DNA from: a virus
Taxonomy: Duplodnaviria; Caudoviricetes
Strand: one strand, 5' to 3'
Virus record (IMG/VR): IMGVR_UViG_3300028920_000081
Coordinates: 1 to 56,366 of that record
DNA: 56,366 nt
A program made the position numbers and the translations under genes. The notes beneath the pieces are model-generated. The model had not been told where the DNA came from. It was given only the letters and a program-made list of their open reading frames with translations, and did no database searches. Below, piece after piece: positions 48,701-56,366 of the stretch. Positions within the stretch are counted from its first letter, which is position 1. Each line of letters starts with the position of its first letter.

Positions 48701-49570
48701 TTATAAGGTTTCTTTCCTTGTTTTATTTAGTTTAATAGAGGTAACCCCTATTTTATTATGATTTTTTGCTTTCTTACTTCCCTTATATTGATTATTAAAA
48801 AATCTATCCTTAAATTGTCTTATATGCTTAATTTTAACACTATTAGAACTTACTTTAAGATTATTATAATTATTATAACTCTTATCAATATTCGTATTAT
48901 GAATAGAGGTTTTATTTTTACCATTTCTTTTAGAAAAATAAAGTGCCTTATCTGTCCTTAATATACTTAAATTTAAGTCATTTGAGTATTTAGCTATACC
49001 TAAACTTAAGGTGTTACTTGTATTTTTATATACTGCTTTCCTTATTCTCTCACTAATTTTATAAGCTGTTTTAAGTTCTGTGTTTGGTAGTATAATAATA
49101 AATTCTTCCCCACCATACCTATAAACCTTATCTATGCCTTGTCTTAAACTGCCTTGTATTTGCTCAGAAACTTGTTTTAAGAGCATATCGCCTTGTAAGT
49201 GTCCATAAGTATCATTAACTTTCTTAAAGTCGTCTATATCTGCTAATATAAAGCATAGTGAGTAATTAAGAGTAATTGCTTTATTTACTTCTTGTATTAC
49301 TTCATAATTAAATGTATTTCTGTTCTTTATGCCTGTTAATTTATCATAATACATAATAGTTTTTAATATCTCTTGTTCTTCTATTGATAGTTTATTAAGA
49401 ATTTGATTTATTAAACTTCTATTTTCTATTTTATTTAACCTTTGTTTCTTATGGAGATTTACCTTTTTAAGTCCTAATTCTTGTAAATTTAAGCTATTTG
49501 CTTTATTAGTTTCCACTGGAAATATAGGTGTTTTGTCCATAGGGCATAGTTTTTGTTGTTCTGCTCTCAT
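48701..49570 (-). CDS. GGDEF-domain diguanylate cyclase
   Basis: DKLTGIKNR, ADIDDFKKVNDTYGHLQGD, RYGGEEF, LSLGIA, DKALYFSKRNGKN. Confidence 0.93.
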   Translation of the reverse strand: MRAEQQKLCPMDKTPIFPVETNKANSLNLQELGLKKVNLHKKQRLNKIENRSLINQILNKLSIEEQEILKTIMYYDKLTGIKNRNTFNYEVIQEVNKAITLNYSLCFILADIDDFKKVNDTYGHLQGDMLLKQVSEQIQGSLRQGIDKVYRYGGEEFIIILPNTELKTAYKISERIRKAVYKNTSNTLSLGIAKYSNDLNLSILRTDKALYFSKRNGKNKTSIHNTNIDKSYNNYNNLKVSSNSVKIKHIRQFKDRFFNNQYKGSKKAKNHNKIGVTSIKLNKTRKETL

Positions 49571-49827
49571 TTTAAGCTAAACCTCACTATAAAGGGTATT
49601 AACCAATTAGTGCAAGGAGTAAGCAGACAGGCAATAACTCCTATACTTCCAAATCCTACCCTCACTTTATTTAATTTAGGTGTATATGTTTCAAAGCTAT
49701 ACCTTGTTTTTACTGGTTTGATAAATCTTATAATATTCATTACTTTCTTTTGTATAATGTTCTGTCTATGATAGTAAATCATTTTAAACTCCATACTAAA
49801 GCCAAGCCAAGCAATAAGAAGGGGCAT
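49567..49827 (-). CDS. Small membrane protein coupled to the GGDEF gene (true start probably 49794 or 49782)
   Basis: C-terminal hydrophobic segment; ATGA overlap with the cyclase start. Confidence 0.6.
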   Translation of the reverse strand: MPLLIAWLGFSMEFKMIYYHRQNIIQKKVMNIIRFIKPVKTRYSFETYTPKLNKVRVGFGSIGVIACLLTPCTNWLIPFIVRFSLK

Positions 49828-49885
49828 ACTACTTTAAGTGTATCAAGTAATACCCCCCTGCTTATGTGAGATTTAATTTTAAGTA

Positions 49886-50173
49886 TTAACTGCATTTTAA
49901 CCCCTTTGTGTCTTTATTTTCAATTATGACCCAATCGTGTTGTTTTGCTTGTTCTCTTTGTCTTTCTATCGTTTTTATAAAATCCTCTCTTGTTGCCTTT
50001 CTTACTATTGGTTTTTTATATGCTTGTAACTCTTTTATTTCTTGTCTTAAACTTTCTATTCTTCTTTTTATGCTTTCTTTAGTTCTTTTGTATTCTTCTT
50101 TATTATATTGGTTACTATTTTTTATACTCTCTTTATAATCCTTATAGTTCCATAGTGTAAATGTGTATTTCAT
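49886..50173 (-). CDS. Coiled-coil hypothetical protein
   Basis: Second gene of the leftward operon. Confidence 0.6.
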   Translation of the reverse strand: MKYTFTLWNYKDYKESIKNSNQYNKEEYKRTKESIKRRIESLRQEIKELQAYKKPIVRKATREDFIKTIERQREQAKQHDWVIIENKDTKGLKCS

Positions 50174-50355
50174 TTCTTTATCCTATGACTACAAATAAAA
50201 AGTTCTTTCTTTGTGTCGTGTTCTATCTGTCTTGTTATACACTTACAAATACTACAATACAAATCTTTATAAATAACCTTATCCTTATCAGAATTGTTAT
50301 AAAGATTTGTATCCTCTTGTCTTTCTATCTGTGTTCTTTGTTTGTTTATTTCCAT
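50170..50355 (-). CDS. Small Zn-binding hypothetical protein
   Basis: CSICK...FICSH; leaderless, behind a TATA box. Confidence 0.6.
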   Translation of the reverse strand: MEINKQRTQIERQEDTNLYNNSDKDKVIYKDLYCSICKCITRQIEHDTKKELFICSHRIKK

Positions 50356-50375
50356 AATATAATAATATGAATATT

Positions 50376-50434
50376 CTTTATAAATCTTTTGTATAATCTA
50401 TTATACATACTCTATTACAATAATATTTATAAAG
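50376..50434. promoter_or_regulatory. Divergent promoters with a central palindrome
   Basis: Minus-strand AAAAGATTTATAAAG (50377-50390), palindrome TGTATAAT-CT-ATTATACA (50390-50407), plus-strand ATTTATAAAG (50425-50434); marks the strand switch. Confidence 0.7.
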
Positions 50435-50587
50435 GGAGTTATTCGGTTATAATTTCACGAAGAATAATCTGAAAATTGCTAATAGTCAACTTTATAATTT
50501 ATTTAGACCAAAATCAAAAGTGAAGATTGTAAGACACATTGTATAATGAAACAAAAAGTATTTAAAGTTTAGGCGTCTTGTTTTTCT

Positions 50588-50728
50588 ATGAAAGAAATAA
50601 AACAATGTCCTGTTTGTCAATCAAGAAAGATTTCTCAAAAAGGATCTGAGATGAGATGTAATAATTGTGGTTACACTCACTCCGATAAAGAGGAGGCGTA
50701 TGTCAAAACTTTAAATGAAACTAAATAA
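50588..50728 (+). CDS. 46-aa Zn-ribbon protein (not in ORF track)
   Basis: CPVC...CNNCGY; AAAAAGTATTTAAAG TATA about 25 nt upstream. Confidence 0.7.
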   Translation: MKEIKQCPVCQSRKISQKGSEMRCNNCGYTHSDKEEAYVKTLNETK

Positions 50729-51173
50729 AACAAAATTTCATTTGGACATTTTGAAGCATCAAAAACTCTTAGGCGTAACAGCTTATAATTTGGATTCCAT
50801 AGAAAGAAAAGATGAAGATTTCAATAAACTCTTGTCCAAAATTGTTGGACAAGGAGAGGATTTAGCCATTGCAAGGTCTGGTTTTAAATGTGAAAATCCT
50901 AATTGTTTTGAAACAAAAAATCTTCAAATCCATCATTTAATTATGAGAAAAACAAAAGAAATAATACCTCCAAATATTTATTTATCTCAAAGAAATTATT
51001 TTGCAAACATGGTAATTTTATGTGCTACATGCCATAAAAAGATTCACAAGATTACTGAAGGGAAGAACAATAAAGATTTAGTTCTTTCAGATGAGAGGAA
51101 AGATAAAATAATTAAAAAATATTACAAAAAAGTCGATATACCCGGCGAAACGACGGCTAACGCCGTTTTATAA
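50715..51173 (+). CDS. HNH endonuclease
   Basis: CENPNC...LQIHHLI...NMVILCATCHKKIH. Confidence 0.85.
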   Translation: MKLNKTKFHLDILKHQKLLGVTAYNLDSIERKDEDFNKLLSKIVGQGEDLAIARSGFKCENPNCFETKNLQIHHLIMRKTKEIIPPNIYLSQRNYFANMVILCATCHKKIHKITEGKNNKDLVLSDERKDKIIKKYYKKVDIPGETTANAVL

Positions 51174-51388
51174 TGTTTGAAGATGCTAAAACAAGAGTTG
51201 TTAAAGCTAAAGATGAGATTCAAGCGTATAAATTTCACAATAAAGGACATGAAGTTAAAATACCTAAATCAGTAAAGCAGGGTAAAGGAAAATGGATCAA
51301 AGATACAAAATCATCACAATCACATGGAGTTGAAAAAAAAGTAAAAAATGCAACAAAATATTATACAAAATTTGCAAGAAGAACATAA
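51173..51388 (+). CDS. Small basic hypothetical protein
   Basis: Lys-rich ORF coupled to HNH. Confidence 0.55.
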   Translation: MFEDAKTRVVKAKDEIQAYKFHNKGHEVKIPKSVKQGKGKWIKDTKSSQSHGVEKKVKNATKYYTKFARRT

Positions 51389-51533
51389 TCCCCTACATTG
51401 CAGGGCAGAGATGTCCGAGTTTCAAGGTTCTATGGCTTAGTTAAAAGCTAAGTTTTAGCCTGAGTGAACAAAGAGATGTTGGTTGGGGAAAGAAACATTA
51501 CTGAAGTTGTTTGTTTGACCACATCTCAATCAT

Positions 51534-51644
51534 GCTCCAGTAGCATAAAGGCATTGCATCTGCCTTGTAAGGAAGGTTATTCATCTCAGTTTAATACTTC
51601 TTTAAGAAAGCAGAAGGTTGCAGGTTCGACTCCTGTCTGGAGCT
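51534..51644 (+). tRNA. tRNA-Thr(UGU) with 39-nt intron (about 51570-51608)
   Basis: Acceptor GCTCCAG/CTGGAGC, anticodon stem TCTGC/GCAGA, CT-TGT-A, T arm GCAGG-TTCGACT-CCTGT, U73, no CCA; relaxed BHB (CTTG/TAAG helix, AAA bulge). Confidence 0.9.
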
Positions 51645-51646
51645 TT

Positions 51647-51702
51647 TGGCCATAGCATAATACTAGTTATGGTGTTGGTGCGTTCGATTCGCACATGGTT
51701 AA
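51647..51702 (+). ncRNA. D-armless tRNA-like mini-element
   Basis: TGGCCAT/ATGGTTA acceptor-like stem, one hairpin CATAAT/GTTATG, perfect T arm GTGCG-TTCGATT-CGCAC. Confidence 0.55.
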
Positions 51703-51769
51703 AGGACAACTGGAAAGACAGCTTTATTCCGGAGTTCTCCCTTCCGGTAAAATAAATAAGGGGGACCAA

Positions 51770-51914
51770 TGCTCGGTAGTCTAATGGTAGGATATGAGAC
51801 TCATGCAGCCACGCTTGATAACTAAGTTTGAAACCATTGAAAAATTCTCCTTTTGAAGTGTGTTTCTGTGGCTGGAGAAATCTCAAGATGGAGGTTCAAA
51901 TCCTCCCTGAGCAA
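51770..51914 (+). tRNA. tRNA with CAU anticodon (Met-like) and 74-nt intron (about 51805/6-51878/9)
   Basis: Acceptor TGCTCGG/CTGAGCA, anticodon stem TGAGA/TCTCA, CT-CAT, T arm GGAGG-TTCAAAT-CCTCC; intron stem CAGCCACG/TGTGGCTG with BHB-like bulges. Confidence 0.85.
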
Positions 51915-52006
51915 TTAAATAAGACAAAAATTAAATAAGGGAATAAGGCATTTAACAATAACCCAAACCTTTAAATAGTTTATATAATTGATTATACAAA
52001 GATAAA

Positions 52007-52156
52007 ATGACAAATATAGAATTAAAAGATAACTTCGCATTGATTGCATGTGATCCTCCATTAAATAAAGAATCTAAACTATTCTGGTTAGCTGTTGCTT
52101 CTGCATTATTTTTGTTATCCGGTATTGGAGTATTCTTATACATATTCCTAAGATGA
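52007..52156 (+). CDS. 49-aa C-terminally anchored membrane protein (not in ORF track)
   Basis: TTTAAATA TATA at 51970-51977; TM helix LFWLAVASALFLLSGIGVFLYIFL; ATGA overlap with the ligase. Confidence 0.65.
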   Translation: MTNIELKDNFALIACDPPLNKESKLFWLAVASALFLLSGIGVFLYIFLR

Positions 52157-52752
52157 AAATAAAAGATATGCCTAAACTTGAATGTCCTTTTGTTAGAAAG
52201 GAAGTTAATGGAAAATATATTGTAATAAATGAAGTTAATCCTGGATATGAATGGGTATTTGAAGATGAAAGTGTTATGGCAATAGAAAAACTTCATGGAA
52301 CTAATGTTAGTATTTTAATTCAAGAGGGAACTGTTACTGCTGTTTTTAATAGAACAGAGAGAATACCATTTATTAATAAAGGTAAGAAGTGGATAATTGA
52401 AGGTTTACTTAATTCTAAAGAAAGAGGATATTTAGAGTTTTTAAGTGATGGCCAACATTTTGGTGAATTAATTGGACCTAAAGTAAATGGAAATCCGTAT
52501 AAGTTAGATGAACATTTATGGATTCCTTTTGAAACATTTTGCCAAAAACATTTAAAATATAAATCATGGGGGAAATATCCTAAAGATTTTCAAACAATTA
52601 GTAATTGGTTTAAAGAATTACTTCCTCTATATACTTCTATGAAAGGAGATAGAAATGGATTTGTAGAAGGAATAGTATTTACTCACCCAGATGGAAGAAT
52701 GGCTAAATTAAGATGTGATATGTTTGATTGGTTTGAAGGGAGGAGGCATTAA
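52153..52752 (+). CDS. ATP-dependent RNA ligase, RLIG1/DUF5565-like
   Basis: Motif I EKLHGTN, Ia FNR, III GELIGPKVNGNPY, IV EGIVF, V MAKLR; nucleotidyltransferase domain only. Confidence 0.85.
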   Translation: MKIKDMPKLECPFVRKEVNGKYIVINEVNPGYEWVFEDESVMAIEKLHGTNVSILIQEGTVTAVFNRTERIPFINKGKKWIIEGLLNSKERGYLEFLSDGQHFGELIGPKVNGNPYKLDEHLWIPFETFCQKHLKYKSWGKYPKDFQTISNWFKELLPLYTSMKGDRNGFVEGIVFTHPDGRMAKLRCDMFDWFEGRRH

Positions 52753-53165
52753 TGAAAAACAAAAAAGCAGAAGAATACAAATTAAAATTTTTAGAAAGCG
52801 AATTAGAAAGAGTAAAACAGAGGTATGAAACTTATTTAAAAGTATTAATAAAATATAAACTTCCAGAAACAGCTTATGCTGCTATAATGTATGATGAATT
52901 ATATCACGATATGTTATTAAAATATATGGAGGATGGTGGAAAGTTTACTGATTTTATATTTGGAAATAATAAAACTCCAATAGATAAAATAAACTCAGAA
53001 ATAAAAAATTATGAAACTCTAATAAAATTAATAATAGGAAAGATAACAATGTTTGATGATAAAACTAAAAGAGAAATAGTAGATGATGCTATAACTTATA
53101 AAAAATTGTGGTTAGAAATTCCAAATCCATTAGGTAAAAAGAAATGCAAACAAAGGAAAAAATGA
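52752..53165 (+). CDS. Hypothetical protein
   Basis: Coupled ORF. Confidence 0.6.
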   Translation: MKNKKAEEYKLKFLESELERVKQRYETYLKVLIKYKLPETAYAAIMYDELYHDMLLKYMEDGGKFTDFIFGNNKTPIDKINSEIKNYETLIKLIIGKITMFDDKTKREIVDDAITYKKLWLEIPNPLGKKKCKQRKK

Positions 53166-53680
53166 TAGATAAGAAAAAACAAGGAAAAAAGAATAGAGCA
53201 TCAGGAGCTGCTTGGGAAAGGAAAGTAAGAGCAGATTTACAAAGCAAGGGATGGATTGTTTGTAAATGGATGAATAATGTTGAGTTTGAAAATTTTGCAG
53301 AGGTTAATGATGAAGGATTTAAATTTGGAGTTAGAATTCCAAGAACAGGAAAATGCGTTCCAGCTAAAAGAAAATATAATCCATTTAATAGAGCATTAAG
53401 TGTAGGAGTTGGATTTCCTGATTTTATTGCTTACAAATACGCTTATAATCAATCTTGTGGAGGATTTGGAGATGTAATAAATAAATCTCCAGAACTGAGT
53501 GGAAAAATTGAATATTGTATTATTTTTGTAGAATGCAAAACTAATGGTTATTTAGATAAAGAAGAAAAAGAGAAAGCTAGATGGTATTTAGATAACAACT
53601 ATTGCAGTAAGTTCCTTATTGCATCAAAAGTAAAAGAAGGAAGAAAAGTTATAGTTAAGTATAAGGAGTTACAAAAATGA
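53144..53680 (+). CDS. Archaeal-type Holliday junction resolvase (Hjc-like)
   Basis: GAAWERKVRADLQSKGW, GFPDFIAY, IFVECKT. Confidence 0.8.
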   Translation: MQTKEKMIDKKKQGKKNRASGAAWERKVRADLQSKGWIVCKWMNNVEFENFAEVNDEGFKFGVRIPRTGKCVPAKRKYNPFNRALSVGVGFPDFIAYKYAYNQSCGGFGDVINKSPELSGKIEYCIIFVECKTNGYLDKEEKEKARWYLDNNYCSKFLIASKVKEGRKVIVKYKELQK

Positions 53681-55172
53681 TAACAAATAATAGAGATATA
53701 CTTTATAGATTAGAAGAAATTTATCAAGTAAGAGGAATGGCTGGTTTTGAACATTATTCTAGATATGAATGCTTTAGAGAAGAAACAACTATCTTAGAAG
53801 CTTTAATGCCAATATTAAGAGAAAGAAATTCACAGGCAAGTACAAGAGTATGGAGTTTCACAGATGATTTAGTAAAGGAGGTATTGGAAAGAATATGAAT
53901 CTACAAGAAGATTGGATTGAAGGAAGACTTTGTGAAAAAGGTTTTTTAAAAGAAACTTTTACTGGAGGAGATTTGAAAAGAGAATTTACATCTAAAGGAC
54001 TTAAGGAAGTAAAAAGACTTCTTGAAACAGATGATGGAGCAAGAGCATTTATGCTTAAATACTTAATTTCTCTGCCAGAAGATCAAAGAAAAGAAACAAT
54101 AAGAAAAATTAAATCACGATTAGGAGGTATTTAAATGAAAGATATAATTATTTTATTATGTTGTTTAGATATTGCCTTGTTTTTTTTAATATTGGGAATA
54201 TTAAGTTTAACTTCAGAGATTAAATTAATTGGATGGACATTAAAGAAAAAAGAGGAGAAACAAAAAATGAAAGAGGTTGATAAAATAATTGAAATAGTTA
54301 AAGAGGTATTTAATGAATTTGAAGAAGGATATTCAAGTAATCAATGTTGGTGTGGTTGTCATGAAGGTGATATTAATGAATGTTATAAAGGAACTAAAGA
54401 GAATTTTATTAAAGAATTAAGGAAAAAACTGGAGAGGAAATAATGGGAACTTATGGAGTATCTGCACAAGAGTTGGTAGGAGAATTAACAGAGTGTTTAG
54501 ATAATATTGAAGGAGATTTTACAACTCAAGAATTAAGTGAAGCATTAGATTTTTTGAAGGGTTATTGTCCAACAATAGATTCTACTAAAAAACAAGAAAA
54601 GTGGTGGAGAAAAAAATTGGAGGATTTGAAATGACATTAAAAGATAACTTTTGGGAGATATTTAATGAAAATGGAGAAGACCAATCTAAAGAAGCAATTT
54701 ATAGAAGAGAGAGTTTAATAAGATTAAGAAATAAAATAAAGAAAGCAGTTGAGGAATTGATTAATTTTCATAAAGATAGAATTGAGGAGTTATCTAAATT
54801 TGAGTGTTTTGCAGGAATAATGTTACAAAAAGAAGAGCATAAGAGTTCATTAAAGAAAATAAACAAAATATTTGGTTTTGAGGAGGAAGAAGAATGAAGC
54901 AAATTTTATATGCTTTTTGTCCATATTGTAAAAGTCCTTTGATTTTGAAAAAAGATTTTAAGGTTTCTGGAAAAACAAAGGCAAGAAGTTTAGAAAAGGC
55001 TTGGTGGAGCTGTAGAAATGATAAATGCCATCACTCATTTCAACATGGTTGGTTCCAAAGATTTAACCAATATGATAAATTTTTAATCCTTAAAGGACAA
55101 GATGTAGTAAGTAGGGTTAGTGAGATAAAGCAGATTGAAATTTATAAATCAGTTTTTGAAAAACAATGGTAG
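53677..55172 (+). other. Cluster of small hypothetical genes (53677..53898, 53895..54134, 54135..54443, 54443..54634, 54631..54897, 54894..55172 Zn-finger)
   Basis: Translationally coupled ORFs with GGAGG SDs. Confidence 0.65.
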
Positions 55173-55453
55173 AAAAAATTATAATAGATCCAGATAAAGA
55201 AGAAGATATAGCAGACGATGTAGCTGAATTAAATAAAGAGATAGAAGATTCTGGAATGTTCCTTAAAGGCCCTGGATATATTTATTCCAAAAAATTAGAT
55301 GCTTATGTTTTTAGAAAAAAGAAAGTATCTTATGCTGGAAGTTCTGGTTGTATTTTCATTCCAAAGGAATTTATAGGTAAACATTTTAGGATAGTACTTA
55401 TGAAATTAAAAGAGGAAGAAGTAAAAAGAGAGGAGGAAGGATTAGATATATGA
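55166..55453 (+). CDS. DUF2080-like (AbrB-fold) DNA-binding protein
   Basis: KKVSYAGSSGCIFIPKEFIGKHFRIV. Confidence 0.65.
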   Translation: MVEKIIIDPDKEEDIADDVAELNKEIEDSGMFLKGPGYIYSKKLDAYVFRKKKVSYAGSSGCIFIPKEFIGKHFRIVLMKLKEEEVKREEEGLDI

Positions 55454-55779
55454 GTAGAGTAGTATTTTCTGGGGTTATTGAAACAGAAGAATCAGAAGAA
55501 TTAATCTTTGCTGCATTAAAAAAGTGGATGAATGAGAATTTCCAAAAATTCAATATGCAGGTAGCAGGAAAAGAAAAAACATTAAGACATGAAGGAGATA
55601 TGAAAAAGAATGAATAGACATGGATTAAAACAAAAGTTAAAGGAAGCTACAAAGGAACTAAATGGAGGACGTAAACTTAGTTTAAAAAGAACTAATAGTC
55701 TTAAAAGAAGGATACTTATGTATAGAAACTTATTGCAATATAAACACCCTAAGAAAAAGAAAGGGTTTGGGAATAAAAA

Positions 55780-56366
55780 ATGAAAAATTTTATAGAAAAA
55801 CTAACGTGGCTGCCATTTCATTTAAATAGAATTATTTCTCATAAAAAATCAATAGTATGTGTAGATGTTGATGGGTTTAAGTTTAAAATGAAATTAATAG
55901 AAGATGATTCTCCCTATTCTTTAACAAGTACTTTAAGAAGTTGTGGAATGAGAGAACCAAGAAATGTTAGAAATTATATCAAATTTATTGATAAAAATGA
56001 TATTGTATTAGATGTAGGAGCAAATGTTGGTTTCTTTACCCTTCTTTCAAGAAATGCTAAGAAGATTATTGCTATTGAACCTATTAAAAGATGTTTAGGA
56101 ATATTAGAAGATAATTTAAAATTAAATAATATAAATAATGTAGAGATTTACAATTTAGCATTAGGAGATGGTAAAGATGTTAATTTTATGGAAGCAGAAT
56201 CATTAAATCAATCTAGAGTTGTTAAAGGTAAAGGTTATAAAGTTAAATCAAAAAAATTAAATTATTTTGTTAAAAAATTTAAAGTAAATATGATTAAAAT
56301 TGATGTTGAGGGTTATGAATATGAGGTATTTAAGAAGGGTATTCCTAAAAGGGTAGATAAGATTAT
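55780..56366 (+). CDS. FkbM-family methyltransferase, runs off the window end (not in ORF track)
   Basis: VLDVGANVGFF, IAIEP, NLALGD, IKIDVEGYEYEV. Confidence 0.9.
   Translation, partial: MKNFIEKLTWLPFHLNRIISHKKSIVCVDVDGFKFKMKLIEDDSPYSLTSTLRSCGMREPRNVRNYIKFIDKNDIVLDVGANVGFFTLLSRNAKKIIAIEPIKRCLGILEDNLKLNNINNVEIYNLALGDGKDVNFMEAESLNQSRVVKGKGYKVKSKKLNYFVKKFKVNMIKIDVEGYEYEVFKKGIPKRVDKI

Noticed and set aside
51656-51671. Amber suppressor (CUA) tRNA or stop-codon recoding
   Set aside because: The loop is not a 7-nt anticodon loop; ORFs are intact in the standard code and TAG is used as a normal stop (e.g. 35857)
51405-51702. Split or permuted tRNA formed from the Leu-like 5' half and the orphan T arm
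   Set aside because: Acceptor strands are not complementary (GCAGAGA vs ATGGTTA) and no complementary leader sequences were found

Overview
This window looks like an essentially complete ~56.4 kb, AT-rich genome of a tailed dsDNA virus (Caudoviricetes, siphovirus-like). The two ends share a 14-nt overlap and one gene runs in frame across the join. The host is most likely an archaeon, probably DPANN (Pacearchaeota/Woesearchaeota-like; inference). Evidence: Alba, Hjc-type resolvase, BRE/TATA promoters with leaderless starts, oligo-T terminators, tRNAs with BHB-like introns, and LamG/DUF2341 surface-type proteins. Layout: (1) 0.5-36 kb, + strand morphogenesis module (TerL, portal, protease/scaffold, MCP, neck, tail tube, short tape measure, hub). 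It is interleaved with 11 glycan-building or glycan-modifying enzymes (a 12th, FkbM, spans the genome ends) and four exported, sequon-rich proteins, including a 2472-aa adhesin at the tail-fibre position. (2) 36.5-50.4 kb, - strand regulatory and host-takeover genes (Alba, wHTHs, AAA ATPase, Ku, an intact GGDEF diguanylate cyclase). (3) 50.4-56.4 kb, + strand block with HNH, two intron-containing tRNAs, a D-armless tRNA-like element, an RLIG1/DUF5565-like RNA ligase, Hjc and FkbM. No polymerase, primase, helicase, integrase, RT or CRISPR array was recognised. Best leads: the exported glycoprotein plus glycan module, the viral GGDEF cyclase, an exact 40-bp promoter/operator duplicated in inverted orientation 26 kb apart, and the tRNA/mini-tRNA/RNA-ligase cluster. 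All calls come from by-eye motif recognition; no searches were run.
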